This document shows positions 26,312-35,696 of a stretch of 64,000 nucleotides of DNA, piece by piece. The translations under genes and the position numbers were made by a program. Below the pieces are notes generated by a model that saw only the letters and a list, made by a program, of their open reading frames with translations, was not told the origin of the DNA and made no database searches. Each line of letters starts with the position of its first letter. Within the stretch, counting starts at the first letter, position 1. The stretch lies in the NCBI GenBank assembly GCA_020847175.1, contig JADLCM010000052.1, positions 17,014-81,013 on the forward strand. The letters run 5' to 3'. Source of the stretch: Phycisphaerales bacterium (GTDB lineage Bacteria; Planctomycetota; Phycisphaerae; Phycisphaerales; UBA1924).

Positions 26312-28836
26312 GGTCGGTCCTCCTCGCCGCCGGCGTAGAGTTTGCTCGACGACTCAAGCCAGCGCTCCCAGTCGGCGCGGCCCATCGGCAGGAAGGGGTC
26401 GCTCCACGCGCTGTCCGGCAGGCTCTCGAAGAACCGGCGTGCACGCTCGTTGCTCACGCGTGCGCGGTCGAGGTTGCCCATCTGCACGTGGGCATTGACG
26501 ATCTGCACCAGGGCGACGAGCGAGGCCGGATTGTCCGGATAGCGGTCATAGGCCGCGTCGTAGTACCGGATCGCCGCTTCATAATCGCCGAGGTCGTACG
26601 CGCTGGAACCCCGGTAGAAGTAGGCATTGCGGAGTGCGTCGTTCTCAAGGCGGGTTCGGCGTCTCGGGTCGCGGGCTTCCAGCTCGTCAATGACCCGGGA
26701 GAGCGTCTCCAGGGCGGTTGCCAGTCGCCGGTCCCGCTCCGCTTCCAGCACCTGCCTGCGACTGTCGGGCAGGCCCGCGCGCAGTTCGGCCTGGAGATCC
26801 GTCGCGCTCCGTCGCAGGCTTTCGGCCAGCCTGTAACGCACCATCAGCGACTCGGGATCATCGGGGAAGCGTCCCAGAAACTCCTCGCACCGCTCGATGG
26901 CCTGCGGCTGCTGCCCAGACTGGGCGTAGTGCCGGGCGAGTTCCAGGAGCGCATCGCGAAACGTCTTGGCGTTGGGGTCCACCACGACGCCTCCCCCGAC
27001 CACCGAGAGCAGCAGTGTTTCCGCCTCCGCATCATTCTGCGGGTCGGCATCCAGCCCGAGCACCTGAGCGAGGGGCACGTAGCTCGCATCCGCGAAGGGA
27101 CCGACGCCCTTGACGTCCCGGTTGTTCCGATCCTCGATCAACCCGCGATAGAAGTCCGCCGCGATGGTGTACTCGCCCCGCGCCTGGTACGCCTGCGCCA
27201 GCCTGAAACGCCCCTCCGCCCGGCGCACATCGCCCGGGAAGGCATTGACGAACTCCTGAAAGTTCGCGATGGCTTCTTCGACATCGCCCGCGAGATCAAA
27301 GTCATCCGCGGCAGCCCACACCGAATCGCCGTACGCCGCGTTGTCGCTCACCGCAACTGTCTCGGCGTACTGCCGTGCGTTCGCGCCCGCCGCGATCAGG
27401 TGCCTGCGGGCCTCTTCTCGGCTGGCCGGGTCGAGGTGCGCGAGCGTGAGCGGTTCGCGGCCCGAGTCGTCGGCGCTGCCCATCAGGGATTCGGCGAGCG
27501 ACCGGTGGGCCTTCGAAATCTCGAGGTACACCTCGCCCGGCGGATTGCCGGGGGCATGGAGACGTTCGGCCAGCTCGGCGAACTCGAGGGCGCTGACGAG
27601 GTCGTCGCGCTCGCGCTGCTCGCGGGCACGTGCGACGAGGCTCGCCGTCACCTGGTCGATGGTGACGCTCGGGTGTGCCCGGCCCGCATTCAGCTCCGCG
27701 ACCAGGCGCGTGAAGGCGTCGAGCGAGCCCGCCGCGGAGCCCAGCACGGCCTCGGTCTCCCCCAGCCCGAGGAGCCCCGGCACCACCTCATCGCTGTGCG
27801 GAGAATCATCGACCACGGCGCGAAACCGGTCGCGGGCGAGGTCATACTCACCCCGGGCCTGCGCGGTGCCCGCTCGCAGGAGCATCACGCGGGGTCGCAG
27901 TTCATGCCCCGGAGGGACGATCGCCTCGACCCGTTCGAGCACCTTGTCAGCCTGGTCCGTCACGCCCGTCTCGAGGTAAGCCTCGGCGAGCATCACACGC
28001 ATCGGGGCTGTGTCCGCCGGGGCAGTGTCCCCGAACCGCTGCAACTCGCGGAGCAGCTTGTTGATCGCGGCATCGGCGTATCCCTGATCGATGAGCGCCC
28101 TGGCCTGCCTGCTCGCGGCCCAGATGCGGTCTTCCGCCTTGAGTCCGTCGAACTGGAGGTACTCTGAGAGCAGTTCCATGACCAGCGTGCGATCACTCGC
28201 CCGAGACTGGAGCATCCCGTCGATCGCCTTGTGGAAGATCGCAATACGCCGCGCATTCTCGCCGGGCGGAAGCTCTCGCGCCGCCTTCAGCGCTTCGTCC
28301 GTTCTTCCCATCGCGAGGAGTGTCTCGGCGATGGCGCTCGAGTCCGCGTCCGAAAGCCCCGCGCCGCCCTCGCGCGCCGACTGAAAACCCGCCAGGACTT
28401 TGGCATGGTTCTCAGGAAGGCTGACGCCGAGTTCGCGCTGCCCGAAGTACATCGCCCGCGCCAGCAGCAGCTGGTAGCGAGCGTCCTGCGCGGGGGTCAA
28501 CTTGCCGCCGGCCTCGAAGCCGAGCAGGTGCTCGTTGAGGTAGTCGAGCGTGCCCTGGTAGTCGTGTGATTCGAGGATTCTCGCGGCGCTGCTCAGGTAC
28601 CCGTCAATCGGCGGGCTCGCCTTCTTCGTGGTGATGATCGAGAGCGCGGTCACCAGGAGCCCGGCGCTCAACACCAGCGCGGGCACCTGCCAGAGCTGCT
28701 TCCAGCCCGGCAGGGGGCTCTGGGGGGCATTGGCGGGGGTGGTCCCCGGCTCGGCCACGCGGATCCTCCTGATCCCTCGAACTAGGGGCATCCTGCCCCA
28801 AGCCTGCGCCCACGGCGACAGGTCCAGTATCGGCAT
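26308..28836 (-). CDS. large membrane-anchored tetratricopeptide-repeat (TPR) protein
   Basis: 842 aa with one N-terminal TM (LWQVPALVLSAGLLVTALSIITT), followed by many TPR-like A..Y..A/G.Y..A repeats. Confidence 0.75.
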   Translation of the reverse strand: MPILDLSPWAQAWGRMPLVRGIRRIRVAEPGTTPANAPQSPLPGWKQLWQVPALVLSAGLLVTALSIITTKKASPPIDGYLSSAARILESHDYQGTLDYLNEHLLGFEAGGKLTPAQDARYQLLLARAMYFGQRELGVSLPENHAKVLAGFQSAREGGAGLSDADSSAIAETLLAMGRTDEALKAARELPPGENARRIAIFHKAIDGMLQSRASDRTLVMELLSEYLQFDGLKAEDRIWAASRQARALIDQGYADAAINKLLRELQRFGDTAPADTAPMRVMLAEAYLETGVTDQADKVLERVEAIVPPGHELRPRVMLLRAGTAQARGEYDLARDRFRAVVDDSPHSDEVVPGLLGLGETEAVLGSAAGSLDAFTRLVAELNAGRAHPSVTIDQVTASLVARAREQRERDDLVSALEFAELAERLHAPGNPPGEVYLEISKAHRSLAESLMGSADDSGREPLTLAHLDPASREEARRHLIAAGANARQYAETVAVSDNAAYGDSVWAAADDFDLAGDVEEAIANFQEFVNAFPGDVRRAEGRFRLAQAYQARGEYTIAADFYRGLIEDRNNRDVKGVGPFADASYVPLAQVLGLDADPQNDAEAETLLLSVVGGGVVVDPNAKTFRDALLELARHYAQSGQQPQAIERCEEFLGRFPDDPESLMVRYRLAESLRRSATDLQAELRAGLPDSRRQVLEAERDRRLATALETLSRVIDELEARDPRRRTRLENDALRNAYFYRGSSAYDLGDYEAAIRYYDAAYDRYPDNPASLVALVQIVNAHVQMGNLDRARVSNERARRFFESLPDSAWSDPFLPMGRADWERWLESSSKLYAGGEEDRP

Positions 28837-28875
28837 GTTCTGCCGCGCAAACTTGAGCAGTACCCCGCATCGGCG

Positions 28876-30453
28876 TCAGGAACTTTCGCCCCCGTCACCG
28901 CGGTCGCTGCGGGCAGCGGGCGGCCGACGCGACGCGACGCACGCCCCGGCGAGCACGTCCCCCCGATGCCGGAAGTCGGGCGCGAACGCGGCGAGCATGG
29001 CCAGCGGGGGGGCAAACCACTTGCACGCGTTCCGGACGGCGGCGCGACCAAGCCCGAGTGCCTGCATGGTCCCGTCTACACGGAGCACGCGTGCGCCCAC
29101 CAGGAACTTCCCCGGGGTGAGGCCGAAGCGGCCTTCGAGGACCGTCGATGCGCCCCAGCCGATCCCGATCGCCAGGAATAGCCCCCACCGGGCCGGTTCA
29201 TCGCTGGCCAGCATTCGGAGTGAGACCAGGTCGCCGATCGATGCGCCGAGCAGCACTGCCGCGAGCCCGAGCGCGAGCAGCGCGTCGACGCTTGTGGCCG
29301 CGAGTCGCACGAACGGGGGGCAGAGCACCGCGTCTTCGGGCAGCCGAATGGCGATGGGCTCGGGGTCGCGCCGGAGCAGAAAGAGCAGCACGGCGGTCAT
29401 CACCACAACCATCGCCAGCGCGATGATTCGAAACTCGCCGGGGGACACCGGCCCTGCGAGACGTGCCGCGCCTTCGAACCGCACTTCGCCCGTCAGCGTC
29501 GATATCTCGACGATCCGGGGCGTGCCGCTGCCTCGCTCGACCCAGATGAGCGCGAGTGATTCAGACTCTCGCAAGGGAACCGGCACGGCATCAGCCGGCA
29601 CGCCTTCGATCCGGGCGAGCGGCATCCGCGTCTTGGGCAGCAGGCGATCGAGGTGCCGTGCCTCCGGTGACCGGGTGACCACCAGCACGCCATCGTCCAT
29701 CACGAAATAGTCCGCGTGGGCGTTCTCCGGGGCAGGCGCGAGCGTGGTGGGGGTCCAGTTGCATTGAAGCGCCGCGCCGCCATCGGATTCGCCGGCGGTC
29801 CCATCGGCGGGATCGGGGGGCGCGACGGATGTCCGCCACCACACGGTCTCGCCGGTTCGAGGAACTATCAGGGAGACTCCGCCGATGTCGCCGACCAGCC
29901 GGGGCCTGTCTCCCGGGGCGAGCGCGGGGGCGGGGAGCGTGTGCCAGCGGTCGCGCGTGAGGGTCAGGATTTCATACCTGCCCGAAGACTCGCCGCCTTG
30001 GCGAAGGAGCGCTACCGGGCCGGGCGCACCCTCGGCGACCGCGAGCAGTTCGCCGTCGTCGGGCAGGGGGGGGAGCGTGCGCAGTCGCCCCACCGGCTCG
30101 TAGTACCACTGTCCGAACGCCTCCGCCGGGCGTGCGGTCGTCGAGAGCACCTGGCGCTTTGCGGCGTCACTGGCGTGAGCGCTGAAGGCGAGAATCACGT
30201 CACCCTCGATGGCCGCCAGGCCCAGGGGCATTGCGCCAAAGGTCTGCACCTTGCGCAGCGAACCGGGGGGCGCGCCGCGGTCGGCTGCGCTCCGGGCGGC
30301 CCGGGGAGGCAGGTGAACCAGCAGCGCCGGGGCTTCGTCATTGCCGGTCGGGATCACCGCCCAGGCGTGTTCGCGGGAGGATGCGCCCTGGGCGAACGCG
30401 CCGGGGGCGAAGAGACTGGCAGCCATCACGACCCACCGGAGCCACGCGCGCAT
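28876..30453 (-). CDS. signal-peptide protein with C-terminal RDD-family membrane domain
   Basis: Signal peptide MRAWLRWVVMAASLFAPGAFAQG and an extracytoplasmic region of about 330 aa. The C-terminal multi-TM region has FVRLAATSVDALL...GKFLVGARVLRVDG, typical of the RDD family. Confidence 0.65.
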   Translation of the reverse strand: MRAWLRWVVMAASLFAPGAFAQGASSREHAWAVIPTGNDEAPALLVHLPPRAARSAADRGAPPGSLRKVQTFGAMPLGLAAIEGDVILAFSAHASDAAKRQVLSTTARPAEAFGQWYYEPVGRLRTLPPLPDDGELLAVAEGAPGPVALLRQGGESSGRYEILTLTRDRWHTLPAPALAPGDRPRLVGDIGGVSLIVPRTGETVWWRTSVAPPDPADGTAGESDGGAALQCNWTPTTLAPAPENAHADYFVMDDGVLVVTRSPEARHLDRLLPKTRMPLARIEGVPADAVPVPLRESESLALIWVERGSGTPRIVEISTLTGEVRFEGAARLAGPVSPGEFRIIALAMVVVMTAVLLFLLRRDPEPIAIRLPEDAVLCPPFVRLAATSVDALLALGLAAVLLGASIGDLVSLRMLASDEPARWGLFLAIGIGWGASTVLEGRFGLTPGKFLVGARVLRVDGTMQALGLGRAAVRNACKWFAPPLAMLAAFAPDFRHRGDVLAGACVASRRPPAARSDRGDGGESS

Positions 30454-30583
30454 GGATCATCCTAGGAACCTCGCAACCTCGCTCTGTGAGGTCTCAGCGC
30501 CCAGGTCGCGCTGCGACACGAGCGAGCCGATCGCGCACGCATTCCTGAAGCGATCCCGGCGCACGCAGGCATGAGTGAGTCGA

Positions 30584-30624
30584 CCCAAAGGAGCGGGGGA
30601 CAGACCCGCACGTCTGCCCCCCGC
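30584..30624 (-). terminator. rho-independent terminator of prepilin-like gene 1
   Basis: Minus strand has a 13-bp stem GCGGGGGGCAGAC/GUCUGUCCCCCGC (one G-U pair) with a 6-nt loop, followed by TCCTTTGGG. Confidence 0.6.
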
Positions 30625-30663
30625 CGGTTGCACGCGTGTTTCCCGGCCTCACGCCGGCGAGAT

Positions 30664-31752
30664 TCAGGGCCAACGGATCGGCTGGCCGGTGTCGATCTCG
30701 GTCGCGCCCACGTCGATACCGCGCAGGCCGCCCCGGGTCCAGAAGTAGTACCCGGTGGTCTGGTCGCCGCCGCCGGAGAGCGCGTCGGGCCACTCGCCCG
30801 AGCGGGTAGGAGGCTCCCACTGCGCGGGCAGGTAGGTGATGCGGAGCCATGTGCGGTTGCGCTGGAGGTGCGGATCCCAGCCTTTGTTGGTGTCGCGGCT
30901 GGTCCACACGTTGACCGAGCCGTCAAAGAACGCGATGGGCTGCTTGGCGTCGTCGTATCCGAAGTAGAGCGCGATCTTGCCCTCGTGGCGCGCGTTGGAA
31001 TCGGCCAGAAGCATCTTCTGCGACGGGAAGGCAACGTCGCCGAAGAGCAGACCGCCGAACTTTGAATCTCCGCTGACGAGGAATGTGCCGTGGGTCGCCT
31101 GGCGGACCCGCCGTGTCCACTCAGCCTGCGGGATGCTCAAGCGGCTCTGGTACCAGTCATATACCGCGGCGGGCGTCTGGTAGCTCGCCGAATAGGGCCA
31201 GCGCTGGTTGCCCACGCCCGGGGTCGGCTGGTCGGGCAGGAAGTCGCCGTTGTCGAACCGGGCGCCGTTCTGCTCCTGCCACAACAGGCGGTTGCGGTCT
31301 TCGGGGCAGACCACGAGCTTTTCAGGCAGGCGGCTGGCGAGGTAGTCCTGGAGAACCAAGTGCGTGTAGAGCACGTTGGGAATCCACCCGCCGATCGGGG
31401 CGATGTCCTCGCGGGCCGCGCGACGCCGGAGAATGTCCACCGCCTGGGCGCTGCTCGGCCCGGTGCCGTTGGTGCGGCGCTGATTCTCAAGGTCGGGGTA
31501 CCGGCTCTGCCCCTTGTCCTGCGTCCAGGTGAAACTGAAGACGCGGTCCTGAAACTCGGTGGAGTACGAGTTGGCGGCCTTGCCAAGCTGCGCGAGGTTG
31601 CTCGAGCAGATGCTCTGGCGAGTGAGCTTGCGGGCTTTGCCGAGCGCCGGAAGCAGGATGCCGATGAGCAGTGCGATGATCGCGATCACCACGAGAAGCT
31701 CGATCAGCGTGAACGCGCGACGACCAGCGGCCATTCCTGGGCTGTGCCTCAT
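30664..31752 (-). CDS. prepilin-type N-terminal cleavage/methylation domain protein (DUF1559-like), paralogue 1
   Basis: [42 protein letters not shown] is a type IV prepilin-like leader plus hydrophobic helix. About 60% identical by eye to paralogues 2 and 3. ATG 31752 lies 4 nt after GGGAGGG. Confidence 0.8.
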   Translation of the reverse strand: MRHSPGMAAGRRAFTLIELLVVIAIIALLIGILLPALGKARKLTRQSICSSNLAQLGKAANSYSTEFQDRVFSFTWTQDKGQSRYPDLENQRRTNGTGPSSAQAVDILRRRAAREDIAPIGGWIPNVLYTHLVLQDYLASRLPEKLVVCPEDRNRLLWQEQNGARFDNGDFLPDQPTPGVGNQRWPYSASYQTPAAVYDWYQSRLSIPQAEWTRRVRQATHGTFLVSGDSKFGGLLFGDVAFPSQKMLLADSNARHEGKIALYFGYDDAKQPIAFFDGSVNVWTSRDTNKGWDPHLQRNRTWLRITYLPAQWEPPTRSGEWPDALSGGGDQTTGYYFWTRGGLRGIDVGATEIDTGQPIRWP

Positions 31753-31800
31753 GCGACCCTCCCGCCGCCTGCGCCGCGGCGAATGCCCGTGCCCCACGCG

Positions 31801-31839
31801 ATCCGGAAACGACGCGGGCCGAGTCTCCCCGGGCCCGCG
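31801..31839 (-). terminator. hairpin terminator of prepilin-like gene 2
   Basis: Minus strand has an 8-bp stem CGCGGGCC/GGCCCGCG (31832-31839 / 31813-31820) with an 11-nt loop, followed by TCGTTTCC. Confidence 0.4.
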
Positions 31840-31879
31840 CGTAGTTCAACGGAGCTCGCTCGCTTTGACGAGCGATTGT

Positions 31880-32914
31880 TCACCGGATCTGGCCGGTGTC
31901 GATTTCCTGCTGGCCGAAGTCGACGCCCTTGTTGCCGCCTCGAGTCCAGCGGTAGTAGCCATCGACCTGGTCGCCGCCGGCGCGACGAGAGCCGTCACGC
32001 AGCGGGGGCTCGTAGGCCTGGGGGTCGTAGAAGTAGCGAGTGACGGCGCGGCTGTTCTGGGCAATCGGGTTCCAGCCGCGGTTGGTCTCACGGGTGTACT
32101 GCACCGTCACGGCGCCGTCGAAAGTGAGCAAGGGTTGACGTGCATCGGCGTACCCGAAGTAGAGTTCCTGCTTGCCGAAGTGACGCCCGTACTGGTCGTG
32201 GTAGAGCACCTTGTTGGCAGGGAACTGGACATCGCCGTAAAGCAATTCGCCGAGCTTCGAGTTGCCCGGAACGAGATAGAAGCCGTGCGACCCCGCCTGC
32301 TGGATTCGACGCTGCCAATCAGCGGCCGGAATGCCAATGCGGTTCGCGTAGAAGTCGTAGGTGCTGCTCGGCGTCTGGTACGACGACGAGAAGGGCCAGC
32401 GGTTGTTGATGCCGCCGGGCGTCGGCTGGTCGGGGAGGAAGTCGCCGTTGTTGAAGCGACGCCCGACATCCTCCTGCCAGAACAGGCGGCGCCAGTCTTC
32501 GGGGCAGGCCACCAGCTTCTCGGGCAGACGGCTGGCGAGGTAGTCCTGCAGCACCAGGTGCGGGTAGAGAACCTGCGGACTCCAGGCATCAATGCGAGGG
32601 ATGTCCTCGCGCCCGGAGCGGCGGCGAATGATGTCGATCGCCTGCGCGCTCGCCGGTGCGGTGCCCGTGCCGCGGCGCTGCGACTCAAGGTCGGCGTACC
32701 GACTGTTGCCGTGCGTGCGGTCCCAGGTGAAGGCGAAGATCTTGTCCTGGAACTCCGTCGAATAGGAGTTCGCGCCCTGGCCGAGCTGGCGCATGTTGCT
32801 GGAGCAGATTGAAGTCTTCGTCACCTTGCGCGCCTGCCCGAGGGCCGGCAGCAGGAGACCGATGAGCAGCGCGATGATCGCGATGACCACCAGCAACTCG
32901 ATGAGCGTGAAGCC
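31880..32914. repeat. inverted paralogous repeat, left arm (1035 bp)
   Basis: The reverse complement aligns without indels to 35724-36758. Encoded proteins differ at about 33 of 344 positions by manual alignment. A stretch of about 95 nt at the pilin-like N-terminus is identical. Confidence 0.85.
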
Positions 32915-32953
32915 GCGCCTCGCGGCACGGCGGCTTGCGTTCTCGATGTGCAA
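31880..32953 (-). CDS. prepilin-type N-terminal cleavage/methylation domain protein (DUF1559-like), paralogue 2
   Basis: Contains ...[39 protein letters not shown]... There is no ATG near the pilin-like N-terminus. The best start is TTG 32953, 5 nt after GAGGGGGA (start uncertain). The 423-aa ORF extension looks non-coding. Confidence 0.75.
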   Translation of the reverse strand: MHIENASRRAARRGFTLIELLVVIAIIALLIGLLLPALGQARKVTKTSICSSNMRQLGQGANSYSTEFQDKIFAFTWDRTHGNSRYADLESQRRGTGTAPASAQAIDIIRRRSGREDIPRIDAWSPQVLYPHLVLQDYLASRLPEKLVACPEDWRRLFWQEDVGRRFNNGDFLPDQPTPGGINNRWPFSSSYQTPSSTYDFYANRIGIPAADWQRRIQQAGSHGFYLVPGNSKLGELLYGDVQFPANKVLYHDQYGRHFGKQELYFGYADARQPLLTFDGAVTVQYTRETNRGWNPIAQNSRAVTRYFYDPQAYEPPLRDGSRRAGGDQVDGYYRWTRGGNKGVDFGQQEIDTGQIR

Positions 32954-33020
32954 CGTTTCCCCCTCGGCACCAGGCCGGGATACCCACGATGCCCCGCGGA
33001 GCGTCCGGGAGCGACGCCGA

Positions 33021-33050
33021 AGTATACACGCCGAGGGCGGGGCGTGTGAA
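33021..33050 (-). promoter_or_regulatory. sigma-70-like promoter for prepilin-like gene 2
   Basis: Minus strand reads TTCACA (33050-33045), an 18-nt spacer, then TATACT (33026-33021). It lies about 70 nt upstream of the proposed TTG start. Confidence 0.45.
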
Positions 33051-33160
33051 GGGGATTTCAGGGGAATGGTCGCACCTGAGCGGAGTGACTCCACCGGCCA
33101 TTTGCGGACGTGCATATCTTCTATGCTTGAGATTCGCGGACTGCCGGCCAACCCTCAACC

Positions 33161-34951
33161 ATGCCTCCTGACCAGACGCGGCTTCGCGCCGCATTGCAGC
33201 TTGTCCAGGCCGGACGGTTCCCGGACGCGGAAGCCGCGTGCAAGGGGTTGGTGCAGGAGGAACCCGACAACGCCGAAGCTCGATCGCTGCTCGCGCAGTT
33301 GATGCTCCGGCGCGGGGCGACGCCGGAGGCGATCGAGCACCTGAAAGAAGCCGTCAACCTGGCCCCCAAGAGCGCGATGCACCGGATCATGCTGGGCCAG
33401 GCGCTCGTCAGCCTGGGCGATTGGCGCGCCGGGCTTGCGGCACTCTCGGGTGCGGTCCTTATCGCCCCGGGGCAGTTTGAACCCCTGGCCGCGCTCGGGT
33501 TCGCCCTGGCCCGCTCGGGCAATCGCGAGGCGGCGCACGAGACGTTGGGCAAGTGCATCCCGCTTTTACCCGCGAATGCGGATCTCTGCCGCCAGTTTGC
33601 GCAGGCCGCGCGGGATGCCGGGCAGTGGGAGGCAGCGGGCGCCGGGTTCATGCGCGTGGGTGACCTGTTGCCCAAGGACGCGGCCTCGCGGATCGCGGTC
33701 GCGGAGTCATACGCGGCCCGGTCTGAGCCCCGCACGGCGCTCAACTGGGCGCGCCGCGCGGTGGCGCTGGAGCCGGGGAACGCGAGCGCGTGGTCGCTGG
33801 TGGCGACGCTGCTTGAGCGACTTGGCGAGGATGAGGGGGCCGTGGCCGCCGGCAGACGGGCGCTGGAACTTGACGGCGCGCAAGTGGGGGCGGCGATCGC
33901 GCTCTCGCACGCGCTGCGCCGGCTGGGCCGGGCCGAAGAAGCCCTCGGCGTGCTGCACAAGATCGCCGGGAGTTTCGTCGGCCCGCCTCCGCACCCCGGG
34001 TTCGCCGGAGAGATGGGGCACGTGCTCGAAGCAATGGGCGACCGGGCCGGCGCATGGAAGGCCTTCGAGGCGGGCCGGGCGGCCTGGCGCGAGGTCGCAG
34101 GGTCGCGTCGGCTCTCACCCGAGGCGTTTCCCCGGCTCGTCGATTCTTTGCTCACCTTCGTGCGTGAGACGGACTTCAGCGGTTGGCCCCGTTCGCGCGG
34201 GGGCGGGGCTCGTCCGGCGCCGGTCTTTGTGGTGGGGTTCCCGCGTTCCGGCGGCGCACTCGTCGAGCGGATGCTCGCCGGGGCGACCAAGGCGCTGATC
34301 GCGGACGAGTGGCCCCTGGTCAGGACCATGACCGATGCGCTCGTCGCCGCCCGGCCCGGGGGCAAGGGCTTTCCGGGGGCGATCGGCGTGATGGATGAAA
34401 AGCTCCGGGCCGCCCTGGAAGGGGCGTATTGGAAACGGCTCGAATCGCGCGTCGGTGCAGCGGCCCTCAAGGGCGTCACGGTCGTGGACAAGCTGCCCCT
34501 GAACATTCTCGCCCTGCCGCTCATCCGGCGCGTGTTCCCGGAGGCCAAGGTCATCGTGACGCTGCGCGACCCGCGCGATGTGGTGTTGTCGTGCTTCACT
34601 CAGGACTTTGAGTTGAGCGAAGGCATGTCGCAGTTTCTGTCGCTGGAGGGCACGGCCCGGTTCTTCGTGCAGGTCATGGATTTCTGGCAGGTGTGCAAGG
34701 AGCGCCTCGGGCTGGCGGCCTTGGAAGTCCGCTACGAAGATGCGATGCGCGACGGGCCGGGCTCGACGCGCGCCCTGCTCGGCTTTCTCGGGCTGGGCGA
34801 GCAGAAGCAGACCGGGGCGAGCATCGGCGAGAAGCCTCGGCCGGTGCGCACCGGGAGGGTGGCCCGCTGGAAGGACTACCACGAGCAGCTCGCGCCCGTC
34901 ATGGGGTTGGTCGAAGCCTCGGTGACGCGTCTCGGGTACGCGACGGTGTGA
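33161..34951 (+). CDS. TPR-repeat protein fused to a sulfotransferase domain
   Basis: The N-terminal ~330 aa are TPR repeats. The C-terminal domain has the PAPS 5'-phosphosulfate loop FVVGFPRSGGALVERML and the 3'-phosphate motif LRDPRDVVLSCF. Confidence 0.8.
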   Translation: MPPDQTRLRAALQLVQAGRFPDAEAACKGLVQEEPDNAEARSLLAQLMLRRGATPEAIEHLKEAVNLAPKSAMHRIMLGQALVSLGDWRAGLAALSGAVLIAPGQFEPLAALGFALARSGNREAAHETLGKCIPLLPANADLCRQFAQAARDAGQWEAAGAGFMRVGDLLPKDAASRIAVAESYAARSEPRTALNWARRAVALEPGNASAWSLVATLLERLGEDEGAVAAGRRALELDGAQVGAAIALSHALRRLGRAEEALGVLHKIAGSFVGPPPHPGFAGEMGHVLEAMGDRAGAWKAFEAGRAAWREVAGSRRLSPEAFPRLVDSLLTFVRETDFSGWPRSRGGGARPAPVFVVGFPRSGGALVERMLAGATKALIADEWPLVRTMTDALVAARPGGKGFPGAIGVMDEKLRAALEGAYWKRLESRVGAAALKGVTVVDKLPLNILALPLIRRVFPEAKVIVTLRDPRDVVLSCFTQDFELSEGMSQFLSLEGTARFFVQVMDFWQVCKERLGLAALEVRYEDAMRDGPGSTRALLGFLGLGEQKQTGASIGEKPRPVRTGRVARWKDYHEQLAPVMGLVEASVTRLGYATV

Positions 34952-34965
34952 AAGGCCGGGCCGAC

Positions 34966-35400
34966 ATGCGACGCATCCGCCGGTCGAGCATGGAACTCCG
35001 CGTCGAGCTGACGCCCCTCGTGGATGTCGTGTTTCTGCTGCTCACGTTCTTCCTGTTCAGCCTGGCGGTGATGGTCCGCGCCGACGTGCTTGATATCTCG
35101 CTGCCCGGTCTGGGCGCGGCGGAGGCGGCCTCGGAGCGTTCGCCCTTGGTGATCGCGGTGCATGCGCAAGGCGGCGTGACGATCGGGGGAGAGACCATGA
35201 CCAGCGTGCAGGCTTGCGCCCGCGCCGCGGAGGCACGAACGAGAGATCCGAGCACGCCCGTGGTGGTCGCCGCGGATGTCGGCGCCCCGGCTTCTGCTTT
35301 GCTCGAGGTCATCGACGGGCTTTCCAAGGGCGGCATCCGCGATTTCGGGATCATGGGGTCGCCTGGCGCGGCCGGCGGAGCAGCCCCGGGCGGTGAGTGA
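34966..35400 (+). CDS. exbD: biopolymer transport protein ExbD/TolR family
   Basis: ELTPLVDVVFLLLTFFLF TM segment plus periplasmic PLVIAVHAQGGVTIGGE...VVVAADVGAPASALLEVIDGL. ATG 34966 lies 14 nt after the sulfotransferase stop. Confidence 0.8.
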   Translation: MRRIRRSSMELRVELTPLVDVVFLLLTFFLFSLAVMVRADVLDISLPGLGAAEAASERSPLVIAVHAQGGVTIGGETMTSVQACARAAEARTRDPSTPVVVAADVGAPASALLEVIDGLSKGGIRDFGIMGSPGAAGGAAPGGE

Positions 35401-35696
35401 ACGAGCGAGGCCGGTCGGCCGGCACTGGGTTCGTCATGTGGAAAACTCGCGGACGATTGGCCGACGCGAGCCCGATTCCGCGAACATAATCCTAAAGTAT
35501 GACGCTTTCTGCCTTTGACTGGAGCCCCACTGGAAATCGGACTGGACTTGGGGGCGAAGTCGGGGTAGTTTGGACGATGTCAAACCGCCGCGTTCGCGGC
35601 GATGAGCTGCTTTCGCAGCGAAGCCGCGATCAGCGCGGCAGGTCTCGTGGGATAGCGCAGCGGGCCTCGCCAAGGAGGCCTGCGGGAGGGTGCTCC

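Noticed and set aside
31779-31798. Sigma-54-like element TGGGGCACGGGCATTCGC upstream of prepilin-like gene 1
   Set aside because: The GG to GC spacing is 11 nt rather than the required 10, and the -12 element reads TTCGC, not TTGC. It is probably a chance match.
32954-33151. N-terminal 65-aa extension of prepilin-like gene 2 (ORF start ATG 33151)
   Set aside because: The extension would place about 80 residues in front of the prepilin cleavage site, whereas leaders in the paralogues are 9-14 aa. It also overlaps the predicted promoter and has no similarity to the paralogues.
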